Assembly (NCBI GenBank): GCA_016839745.1
Contig: JAEOTS010000188.1
Coordinates: 1-49,548 of the forward strand
Origin: Promethearchaeota archaeon
GTDB taxonomy: Archaea; Asgardarchaeota; Lokiarchaeia; Sigyniarchaeales; SOKP01
Direction of reading: 5' to 3'
DNA length: 49,548 nt
The translations under genes were made by a program, and so were the position numbers. The notes under the pieces were generated by a model, which saw nothing but the letters and a program-made list of their open reading frames with translations, was not told the DNA's origin and ran no database searches. Positions 30,068 through 38,694 of the stretch are shown in pieces (the stretch's first letter is position 1; each line of letters begins with the position of its first letter).

Positions 30068-31336
30068 ATGGTAAATTATAAAGTTGCAGATGAAAACTTA
30101 GCTGCAAAAGGTAAAGAAGCGATATATATTGCTGAGTCTAAAATGCCTGTTACTGCTAAAACAATTCGAGAACGCTTCGCTAAAGAAAAACCGTTGGAGG
30201 GAGTCACAATTGCGGGTTGTCTTCATATAACTAAAGAGACCGCTAATCTTGCGCGCACTTTAAAAGCAGGAGGCGCTGATGTTTGGTTATGTGGAAGTAA
30301 TCCCTTATCAACTCAAGATGATGTAGCGGCAGCTATGGTTAAAGAGGGAATTAATACATTTGCGTGGCATGGTAATACAGATGAGGAATTTTATTGGTGT
30401 ATTCGTGAGTGTTTAAAGGCAAAGCCTAACATTTTAATTGATGACGGCGCGGACATGATAGTTACAGCTCATAAAGAATTTCCTGAGCTCATTACAGATG
30501 GTGTAATTATCGGCTGCCAAGAAGAAACCACAACTGGAGTGAAGCGTTTCAGAGCCATGGATAAGGGTGGAGATTTAAAAGTGCCACTCTTCCCTGTAAA
30601 TGATGCAAGATGTAAAAATCAGTTCGATAACGAATTAGGCACTGGCCAAGGAATTGTAGCCGCAATTTATGGAATGCATGTATTATTTGCGGGTAAAGTT
30701 GTAGTAATAGCTGGCTATGGGCATTGCTCTTCTGGTATGGCATTAAGAGCTAGGGGATTAGGCGCCGATGTAATAGTAACAGAAGTAGATCCAATTAAGG
30801 CACTTCAAGCAAGGTTCGCCGGCTTTCAAGTAATGCCAATTGAAAAAACGCTCCCAATTGCTGATATCATCCTTACAGCAACAGGATGCAAGCACGTAAT
30901 TCCACCAACAAAAGAAATGTTTAATAAATTGAAGGAAGGTGTTATACTTGGCAATTTGGGTCATTTCGATATTGAGATTCCCACTAAAGAATTGTATGAG
31001 CATGCTAAAGAAATCAAACCTATTAGGCAAGATGTAGAAGAATTAATTTTTCCAGACGGTAAAAGAATTTATTTACTTGCCAAAGGAAGGTTAGCAAATT
31101 TGGTGCTCTCTGAAGGTCATCCTGCTGAAGTTATGGATATGTCGTTTGGTCTTCAATCCTTAATGTCCGAATATATTGTCAAAAATAAAGATTCATTGAA
31201 ACCAGGAATGGTTAATGTACCAGTAGAGATTGACGATAGAGTGGGCTTCTTAAAACTTCAATCAATGGGCATTAAGATTGATAAATTAACAGAAGAACAA
31301 TATAACTACATTCATGGGTATGAAGAAGGAACTTAA
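30068..31336 (+). CDS. ahcY: S-adenosylhomocysteine hydrolase
   Basis: GCLHIT, SNPLSTQDDVAAA, DDGAD, EETTTG, VND, GYG, GHFD.EI, GRLANL, GHPAEVMDMSF. Confidence 0.97.
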   Translation: MVNYKVADENLAAKGKEAIYIAESKMPVTAKTIRERFAKEKPLEGVTIAGCLHITKETANLARTLKAGGADVWLCGSNPLSTQDDVAAAMVKEGINTFAWHGNTDEEFYWCIRECLKAKPNILIDDGADMIVTAHKEFPELITDGVIIGCQEETTTGVKRFRAMDKGGDLKVPLFPVNDARCKNQFDNELGTGQGIVAAIYGMHVLFAGKVVVIAGYGHCSSGMALRARGLGADVIVTEVDPIKALQARFAGFQVMPIEKTLPIADIILTATGCKHVIPPTKEMFNKLKEGVILGNLGHFDIEIPTKELYEHAKEIKPIRQDVEELIFPDGKRIYLLAKGRLANLVLSEGHPAEVMDMSFGLQSLMSEYIVKNKDSLKPGMVNVPVEIDDRVGFLKLQSMGIKIDKLTEEQYNYIHGYEEGT

Positions 31337-31486
31337 TCAATTTTTATTTAGTTTTTTTATATTTTATTACTTTTTTTCAAGTTCTTTATATAATTCCCTT
31401 AATTTGTCTAAGTACATAAATTTAAATTAATTTCTGTTCAATTGTCATAATTACAAATAATAAAACCTTGTACAAATAATAATTAA

Positions 31487-31999
31487 TTGTTAAATATGAA
31501 AGAAAATATAGAATTAAATTTAGAAGAGCTACTGGAACTGATGAGATATGCTTTTCTCAGGTTGGATGGTGCGTGGTTCATGGCTTCGGTAGAAAAGTTT
31601 GGTTTGGAAAATGCGACAGAATTAGATGTAAAAGCATGGGAGAAGTTCTCTGAAAGGTTGGGAAAGAAAATCGCTTCAATAACGAGTTTGAAAGGTGACC
31701 TCTCTAAAGCATTATCAAAACTAATGAAGATTCAACATACACTTATGAATATGAATTCAGAAATAGAGGTTATTAATGAGAGCAAAATGATTCACAGAGT
31801 TTTAGAATGTGAAGTCTGGAGAATGGTTCAGAAAGTATGGCCTCAGGATGCAATTCCTTGTCACAAGGTTACACTAGCAAGCATTAGGGGTTTGCTAAAG
31901 GGAGCTTTTCCAGAAAAAGAGTTTATTTTAAAACATAAGAAGAAAATCCCTTTGGGAGATCCTTGCTGCGAGATTGAAATTTCCGTTAAAAATTCATAA
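31487..31999 (+). CDS. V4R/DUF6125-like small-ligand-binding protein
   Basis: DGAWF...EKFG, C-E-V-W, IPC, GDPCCE Cys pattern. Confidence 0.7.
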   Translation: MLNMKENIELNLEELLELMRYAFLRLDGAWFMASVEKFGLENATELDVKAWEKFSERLGKKIASITSLKGDLSKALSKLMKIQHTLMNMNSEIEVINESKMIHRVLECEVWRMVQKVWPQDAIPCHKVTLASIRGLLKGAFPEKEFILKHKKKIPLGDPCCEIEISVKNS

Positions 32000-32216
32000 T
32001 GACTTTTTATTTTTCAAGAACATAACTTCTTTTAGATATGTTATTTCCTATTAATGGGCATTATATATGTTACATCTTCTTCAATAATTACTACGCAACC
32101 ATAATTTCTACCTAAAGTATTTAAGATTGATTTAGCTTTTTTTTCTATTTTCTCAGAATCCATGATAAGCCAGAGAATCTTTATGAATTTATATATATCT
32201 CTAAGGATATTTAATT

Positions 32217-33254
32217 CTAAGACACTAATGGATTTAAAATCTCATGAGCTGTGGCATCATTATAAATTTCTTTTGCTAATTTTCTTAATCCATCTAATCC
32301 GATAGGTTCTTCTTTAAGTCTATTAGACTCCCATATTTTGTTATTTTTAAATTCCTTGTTAATCTCTAATAAATATCTCTGCTGAATTGAGGAAATTTGA
32401 CCACAAAAATCACACTTCTTCGCATGTTTTTTGGGAATTATCATATTGATATGGATGGCATCAAGGTTAATATACTTATTAGTCAAATCCCTCGCTCGTT
32501 TGACTTCTTCAAAACTTGGTTTCTCAGCAATTGAAACTAATCTTAATGATCCTACACTATGGATCAAATCAGTAATTCTTTCCCCTCTCTTCTCAAGATC
32601 AACCATCATTTTAAAGATTTCTTTACCCAATTCCTTTCTTTTTTCATAATCATCGTTGAACGGTTTTAAAATCTGTCTAAACATGTTTGAAAAATTTTTC
32701 ATTGCGTCCTTAATGGAATTATAAAAGTTCAAAGAATATTTTAAGACAACTTTGACTTGGTCCTCAGGGATTTCAAAAAGAGTAATCATGTTGGCAGTTG
32801 GAGGAAAGTCAGCTATAATGATATCAAATTGTTGTTCCTGAGAATTTTTATCTTCCGCGTCTAAGATTTTTTGAAAAAACATGGCATTCTTTAAAGCCAA
32901 GGGTATTGAATCTGTTGTAAAAGTGGTATCAATAAATTCCTCAATTTGTGGGATTCTACCAACTAAAGGCATCTGTTTCATTAGGGTCTTCATCTTATTA
33001 ACTAAATCTTTAGTATAAATTTCCGCGTATACATTTGCATCAGGCTCGATCGCCCATAAATTACTTGTTATCGGAGTTATTGCGTTTCCTATCTCTTTTG
33101 ATAGGAGGTCTGATAAATTATGTGCCATGTCAAAAGAAATAAGAAGAATCCTCTTTTCTGGCAATAAATCTGACAATTTCACTGCAGTTGCAGCACTTAT
33201 AGAACTTTTCCCGACACCACCTTTCCCACCTAAAACTAATATCTTTTCAATCAT
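32217..33254 (-). CDS. ArsA/Get3 (TRC40)-family ATPase
   Basis: GGKGGVGKSS, SFDMAHNLSD, DFPPT, CDFC, EEPIGLDGL; ATG at 33254 preferred over GTG 33263. Confidence 0.88.
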   Translation of the reverse strand: MIEKILVLGGKGGVGKSSISAATAVKLSDLLPEKRILLISFDMAHNLSDLLSKEIGNAITPITSNLWAIEPDANVYAEIYTKDLVNKMKTLMKQMPLVGRIPQIEEFIDTTFTTDSIPLALKNAMFFQKILDAEDKNSQEQQFDIIIADFPPTANMITLFEIPEDQVKVVLKYSLNFYNSIKDAMKNFSNMFRQILKPFNDDYEKRKELGKEIFKMMVDLEKRGERITDLIHSVGSLRLVSIAEKPSFEEVKRARDLTNKYINLDAIHINMIIPKKHAKKCDFCGQISSIQQRYLLEINKEFKNNKIWESNRLKEEPIGLDGLRKLAKEIYNDATAHEILNPLVS

Positions 33255-33352
33255 AGTTAACACTGAATGCCTTTAAAATCAGAAATTAAATAATAACAAC
33301 TAATAATAATTATATAAAATTAATTCAAGAATTTGAATAATTCGACATGAAT

Positions 33353-33640
33353 TTACTTAATCTTTTTTGGAAAAAAAACTAACCTTCCAGAAATAGAAGG
33401 TTGGTCAGAATTCTTATTTTCTTCGAAATAAAAATAAAATCTACCAATATCAGTATGGATTCTGTATTTATATTTCCTTTTTGTATTATTTGAAAGCCTT
33501 TTTAATAATTTATTGTTCCAATAAATACTCATACAACTGAAATCATAATCATAAAATAAAAAATCGCATTTTATGGAGATATTATAACCATGAAGGTCAA
33601 TTCTAATTTCATTCTTAAATTGACAAAAGATAAATTTAAT
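33353..33640 (-). CDS. Hypothetical small protein (95 aa from ATT, about 59 aa from ATG)
   Basis: Stop-free frame of 95+ codons in very AT-rich DNA: IKFIFCQFKNEIRIDLHGY...MSIYWNNKLLKR...FFPKKIK. Confidence 0.4.
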   Translation of the reverse strand: MKFIFCQFKNEIRIDLHGYNISIKCDFLFYDYDFSCMSIYWNNKLLKRLSNNTKRKYKYRIHTDIGRFYFYFEENKNSDQPSISGRLVFFPKKIK

Positions 33641-34062
33641 AAATTATTTTTATAAACATAATCATCAAAAAAATGTTGATTATTTATTGAGTTGCTAAAT
33701 AAATTTACCATTCATATTAATTATTAAAATTTTAATCGAATAAGTAAAATTTTCAAGAAACATCATCAATTAAATGAAATAATAAAAAAAATCAATTAAA
33801 AAAAAATTCAATTAAATTATTAAACTAAAATTATTATCCAGACTTATAACAATACACAGGAAGTAAATTCATAACTCAAGCTTAATAAAGATAAAAAAAC
33901 TATCTCAAAAGATAAAATATTAAAGATCTTAATTAGAGAAAATCAATTTAACGTTAGCTCCTATCCATTAGCAGGACTTTACTTCTTTTTATAAGTTTAT
34001 AATTAATTTTAGATTCATTAATAAGATCAAATATTAAATAGAAAAAATAAGTGATTAAAATT

Positions 34063-35232
34063 ATGTCTAATAATGTAGATTTTACTACTAAATACACTAT
34101 CGAAGCAAAATTTAAAATTAAAGGTGTCGTTGAGAAATCAGACATCGTTGGAGCGGTTTTTGGACAGACTGAGGGGCTGCTCTTAGACTTAGATTTGAGG
34201 GATCTTCAAAAATCTGGACGAATCGGGCGAATTGAGGTTGATAATGAATCTAAAGAAGGAGTTTCCGAAGGAATTATTCTAATTCCCTCTAGCTTAACTC
34301 GTAAAGAGACTGCTCTACTGGCGGCAACTGTTGAAACTGTTTCTCGTGTTGGTCCTTGTGAGGCTGAAATCAAATTATTGGAAATTCGAGATGTTAGAGA
34401 TACTAAACGCAAGAAAATTATTGAGCGTGCTGCAGAATTATTAAAAAAATGGGATCAGAATTCTTTAGAACATAGCGAAATCGAAGAAAGAATGGACGCA
34501 GGCATTAAAATTGGAGAAATTACATCTTGGGGTCCGGAAAACTTACCCGCAGGTCCCGATGTTGAATCTAGCCAAGAAATAATAATTGTTGAAGGTCGAG
34601 CAGATGTTTTAAACCTATTGCGAATAGGAGTTAAAAATACCATCGCAGTTCAGGGCACACAAGTACCCAAATCAATTTTAAAATTACTAGAAACAAAAAA
34701 ATCGGTCATAGCCTTTCTAGATGGGGATAGAGGTGGCACGATTATTTTAAATGAACTATTACAAGTCGCAAAACTTGATTATGTAGCTCGAGCACCGGAA
34801 GGTTTAGAAGTGGAAGAACTTACTCGGAAACAAATGATAAAATCTCTCCAAAACAAAAAACCAGCAGGAGTTAAAGATAAACGCACTACTAAAAATAAAA
34901 AAGAAGTTACAGGCAAGGATGCGCTATTCCAAAAACTCATGAAGAAGTTGAAAGTAAAAAATCAAACGCCATTAAAAGAAAGCCTTGAAAAAATAGAACC
35001 TGGGCACAGTATTGGGTTTAATAAGAATTTAGAGAAATTATTTGAAATTCCCGTAGGGGAAATCTTTGAAAAAATTAAAAATTTTAAAGATACACAATTT
35101 CTTGTAATAGATGGCATTTTATCTAAACGCTTGATTACACTTTTATTGCCTATGAAAATAAAATTTATTGCCTGCAAAAATAAGGAAGAAGAGCTCAGAG
35201 TTTCGCCTGAGATCACAGTTTTCTTCTTCTAA
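34063..35232 (+). CDS. dnaG: Archaeal DnaG-like primase / exosome-associated protein
   Basis: VGAVFGQTEGLL..DLRDLQKSGRIGRI, TOPRIM IIVEGRADV, FLDGDRGG, EVEEL. Confidence 0.95.
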   Translation: MSNNVDFTTKYTIEAKFKIKGVVEKSDIVGAVFGQTEGLLLDLDLRDLQKSGRIGRIEVDNESKEGVSEGIILIPSSLTRKETALLAATVETVSRVGPCEAEIKLLEIRDVRDTKRKKIIERAAELLKKWDQNSLEHSEIEERMDAGIKIGEITSWGPENLPAGPDVESSQEIIIVEGRADVLNLLRIGVKNTIAVQGTQVPKSILKLLETKKSVIAFLDGDRGGTIILNELLQVAKLDYVARAPEGLEVEELTRKQMIKSLQNKKPAGVKDKRTTKNKKEVTGKDALFQKLMKKLKVKNQTPLKESLEKIEPGHSIGFNKNLEKLFEIPVGEIFEKIKNFKDTQFLVIDGILSKRLITLLLPMKIKFIACKNKEEELRVSPEITVFFF

Positions 35233-35288
35233 AAGATACCTTCTTTTCTTTAAAACTTTTTTTTTTAATCCAATTTATTAGATATCAT

Positions 35289-35708
35289 TTATTTCTTTGT
35301 GCAATTCACATTAATAGGCAAGCCATTCGCGATCGAGTTTGTAACGATACAATATTCTGTAAATTCCTTCATACACCGATTAATCTCTACATCAGAATTA
35401 GTTTCCTTCGGTGTAAATTTCAAATCCACATCAACATTTACTAGTCTTAGAAGCATTTTCGGACCTGTGTGAGATAATGTTCCATCTACTACTACCTCAA
35501 ATGCTTCTATCTCTATATTATTCTTCTGTAGACAGTAAACAAAGGTTGTACCTAGGCAACCTCCTATACCAATTAATAAATACTCTACTGCACTCGGACC
35601 GAGATCTGTTCCGTGAAACGAAGCTGGCTCGTCGATGTTAAAATCCTTAAAATTTCTTGCAGAAGCTTTAAAATGAAGATTTTTGGAATAATCTAACAAT
35701 ACTTTCAT
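35289..35708 (-). CDS. OsmC/Ohr-family protein
   Basis: DEP...GTDLGPSAVEYLL.GIGGC and second Cys in YCIVTNSI. Confidence 0.88.
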   Translation of the reverse strand: MKVLLDYSKNLHFKASARNFKDFNIDEPASFHGTDLGPSAVEYLLIGIGGCLGTTFVYCLQKNNIEIEAFEVVVDGTLSHTGPKMLLRLVNVDVDLKFTPKETNSDVEINRCMKEFTEYCIVTNSIANGLPINVNCTKK

Positions 35709-35759
35709 TACAAATCATCTATAAAACCAATTTGTCTTTTTAATAAAAATGAAATTAAT

Positions 35760-36017
35760 TTATAAACTACCGATTCCCAAAACGGAATTAACTAGAGTAA
35801 AAATTAACTGAATAACATAGGATAATACTCCTAATACTAAAATTCCAATAGCACATATCTTAAAAACTAGAAAATATTCTTTCCTATTTGGTTTATTTGC
35901 TATTTTTATTATTCTTTTGGTATTTTGAAAGAAGACACCTATACGCTCGTAAAGGGATAATTTCTTGCCTTTATCGTATTTTGCATATTGGTCATACTTC
36001 GGGTAATTATTTGACAC
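35760..36017 (-). CDS. secE: Protein translocase SecE / Sec61 gamma
   Basis: RIIKIANKPNRKEY..V.KI.AIG...LG...Y.I, single C-terminal TM. Confidence 0.9.
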   Translation of the reverse strand: MSNNYPKYDQYAKYDKGKKLSLYERIGVFFQNTKRIIKIANKPNRKEYFLVFKICAIGILVLGVLSYVIQLIFTLVNSVLGIGSL

Positions 36018-36074
36018 AATTAAATTAAAAATAAATATTTAAAAAATTTAACTAATTAATTAGAATTTTCTTCT

Positions 36075-36977
36075 TTATTCTTCTCCAATATCAAGAATAT
36101 TTGAAATGAATAGTTCAGGATCGAATGGTTCTAAATCGTCATAACCTTGTCCTATTCCTATAAAAATAATAGGTTTTTTTGTTTCATAAGAAATAGATAA
36201 TGCGGCGCCTCCCTTTGCGTCAGCATCAAATTTAGTAAGGATATTTGCATCAATTCCGACGCTATTATTAAACTCCTTGGCTTGATTTAGTGCGTCATTT
36301 CCAGCTAAACTATCTCCAACAAATAAGGTTAAATCTGGTTCAGCTACTCTTACAATCTTTTGCATTTCTCTCATTAAATTTTTATTACTTACTTGTCTCC
36401 CAGCTGTATCCACTAAAACAACATTTACATTTTTTGCTTTTGCATGTTGTATAGCATCATAGGCGACACTCGCCGGATCTGATTTATACTCGTGCTTAAT
36501 AACTTTGATTCCAACATTTTGCATGTGATAAGAAAGCTGTTCGATTGCTGCAGCCCTAAATGTATCTGAAGCCGCAGCTACAGAAGAAATGTTATTTTTT
36601 TTCAGATAATGTGCAATTTTAGCAATTGTGGTAGTTTTACCTGTTCCGTTAACTCCTAAAAAACAAATTATGTATGGGTTGTTAGTTTTGTTCTTCTTCC
36701 TAATTTCTTCTAATAAATCGATGGTTCTCTCTGGAGTTAAAATTTCCGTAATTACATCTTTTAAAATTTCAAATAAGAATTTTCTTTTCGATGTTAGTCT
36801 ACCTATTTGTTCACCCTTAAGAGATAATTCTATTTTTTGGCATAGAATATCTGCTGTTTCTGTAGCTACATCATTTCCTATCAATAACAAATTCAGTTCA
36901 TTTAAAGCACTTTCTAGGCTTTCGGATGATAAAGTTTTTTTAACGAAAGCAGAGAAAACATTACTTAATTTCTTCAT
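36075..36977 (-). CDS. ftsY: SRP receptor FtsY (NG domain only)
   Basis: GVNGTGKTTTIAK, DTFRAAAIEQL, DTAGR, TKFD.DAKGG, GIGQGYDDL. Confidence 0.96.
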   Translation of the reverse strand: MKKLSNVFSAFVKKTLSSESLESALNELNLLLIGNDVATETADILCQKIELSLKGEQIGRLTSKRKFLFEILKDVITEILTPERTIDLLEEIRKKNKTNNPYIICFLGVNGTGKTTTIAKIAHYLKKNNISSVAAASDTFRAAAIEQLSYHMQNVGIKVIKHEYKSDPASVAYDAIQHAKAKNVNVVLVDTAGRQVSNKNLMREMQKIVRVAEPDLTLFVGDSLAGNDALNQAKEFNNSVGIDANILTKFDADAKGGAALSISYETKKPIIFIGIGQGYDDLEPFDPELFISNILDIGEE

Positions 36978-37029
36978 TAATATAACCGCTTGAATTGAAA
37001 ATCAATAACATCTTAAAAAAAGGTTAAAA

Positions 37030-37446
37030 TTATTGTTGAGTCATTCTACTTTGGAGTATTTGATTCATATTTTGAAGATTTAAATCTAAACTAAAAATTC
37101 TTTCTTGGAGAAATTTTAACTGGGTATTGTGTTGTTCAATAAGATTTGAGATAAATTCAATAGCTTCTTCAACGGATTTTTCAATTATCGTATCATTTTT
37201 CACATACACAAGAACTTTTTTAGTGTCTTTTATTGTTGCTTTTATACTAGCTAAACCCCCAATTGGGACCAGAATTTCATCATTTTCTTTAACACCTTCT
37301 TTGAGGTTATCTAAAGTTAGTTTAGTTGTGTATAAATTCCCAAGAGAAGCATTTATTATTTCAAATTGGCCTTGAAACATGTCTCTTTGTTCTTTAAAAT
37401 ACCGATATTGGCTTAATTGTTGTTCTAAATTTTGATTGTTTTCCAT
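37030..37446 (-). CDS. pfdA: Prefoldin alpha subunit
   Basis: Coiled coils flanking EILVPIGG...KVLV; position between LX and ftsY. Confidence 0.88.
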   Translation of the reverse strand: MENNQNLEQQLSQYRYFKEQRDMFQGQFEIINASLGNLYTTKLTLDNLKEGVKENDEILVPIGGLASIKATIKDTKKVLVYVKNDTIIEKSVEEAIEFISNLIEQHNTQLKFLQERIFSLDLNLQNMNQILQSRMTQQ

Positions 37447-37476
37447 AAAAAATCAATAAAAGATGTGAATAGTTTT

Positions 37477-37704
37477 CTATTTAGATAATTCTCTAATCAA
37501 ATAATCTTGACACTCTTCTGGAGTTATTTCTTTTATTTCTTGAATACTAATTTGTCTTCTAAGAATACCTATCGATGTAATTTGACTCAACGCTTTTTCT
37601 AAAGCATCTTTCTCTTTTAGAGCTCGAACCTCTTTCCGAAATAAATATTTTTTATACTTTTTCCTGTAAGTACCAATAATCCGATAAATTTTAATCTCTG
37701 ACAT
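37477..37704 (-). CDS. rplX: 50S ribosomal protein LX (L18Ae/eL20)
   Basis: KIYRIIG...FRKEVRALKEKDALEK..S...RRQISI.EIKEI. Confidence 0.88.
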   Translation of the reverse strand: MSEIKIYRIIGTYRKKYKKYLFRKEVRALKEKDALEKALSQITSIGILRRQISIQEIKEITPEECQDYLIRELSK

Positions 37705-37811
37705 AAGTTTTCAATTCCTGAGAATCCACGTAGTTAAAAATGATAATTATTTTAAAAATATTAAATTTTGCTTTTTTATTGGACAATAATACAACGCTAA
37801 AGAATTAAGCC

Positions 37812-38492
37812 CTATAACATTAATACATTAGTTAAACGCATCATCTCAGGACCTGTGCATTCATTTCCAAAAATGCCGCTCTGATCGTTAACTATTGCTC
37901 CTGAAGAGAGATAAGGAAATCCTCTATTAACTGTTGATACGTCAGCTTCCTCTACTTTTAAAATCTCCGAAATGATCTCAATCTCTTCATCAGTGGTAAG
38001 TGGATGAACTAGGCACCCTTTATTGTTAGTCAACGATATAGAACCTGGGAGATTGTTATTAACAAATTCATAGACAACAGTTTCAACCTTTAAAGTATCT
38101 TCAATTAGTTCTTTATAATCCTTTAAAAAAGAAGAAATTATAGCACCTTTATCGTTACATAGTATTAAATTACCAAAGGCATTATCCAAAGATTCCAGAA
38201 TCCCGATTTGATAACCACTATTTAACTCTTCTGAATACATTTTTAATTGTTGAAGTTCGTCTTCCCTAATAATGTGGGGTACGATGATTCCATATTTATT
38301 ACTAGCAGTATACACTCCGATTAAATTGGAATTATTAATCGAAAAAGGATAAAACGGTACCTTGAATACACTTTCAATTTTCTCGACAGTTGGTTTAAGT
38401 AGTGTAGATGGATATAAACCAAATAAGTTATTAACTGCTAAGTAAACACCTACTGAATTCTTACCAAATATCTGGTACTTTAAAATCGTCAT
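37812..38492 (-). CDS. eif6: Translation factor aIF6
   Basis: SNLIG, GNLILCNDKGA, NNKGCLVHP, TVNRG, TGPEM. Confidence 0.93.
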   Translation of the reverse strand: MTILKYQIFGKNSVGVYLAVNNLFGLYPSTLLKPTVEKIESVFKVPFYPFSINNSNLIGVYTASNKYGIIVPHIIREDELQQLKMYSEELNSGYQIGILESLDNAFGNLILCNDKGAIISSFLKDYKELIEDTLKVETVVYEFVNNNLPGSISLTNNKGCLVHPLTTDEEIEIISEILKVEEADVSTVNRGFPYLSSGAIVNDQSGIFGNECTGPEMMRLTNVLML

Positions 38493-38694
38493 TTAATAAA
38501 ACTAAGAAAATTATTATATGATGGATAAAGTTCTAAACCATAAATATTTTATTAAAAATGCGTAGGTTTAATGAATTTGCTATTAATCTTCCATAATCTC
38601 CTTTCTTATATTCTTTCGGTTATTGTTTTAATCTCGCTAGAGAATTTATTTTACTCATAAATCTTTATAAGTGAGTTAGATGCTATTATGAAAT

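Noticed and set aside
33560-33620. Smr domain (IDLHG motif)
   Set aside because: No downstream helix or IxHGxG motif; the match is only five residues.
33641-34050. Replication origin in the AT-rich gap before dnaG
   Set aside because: No ORB-like repeats with G-strings and no cdc6/orc1 nearby.
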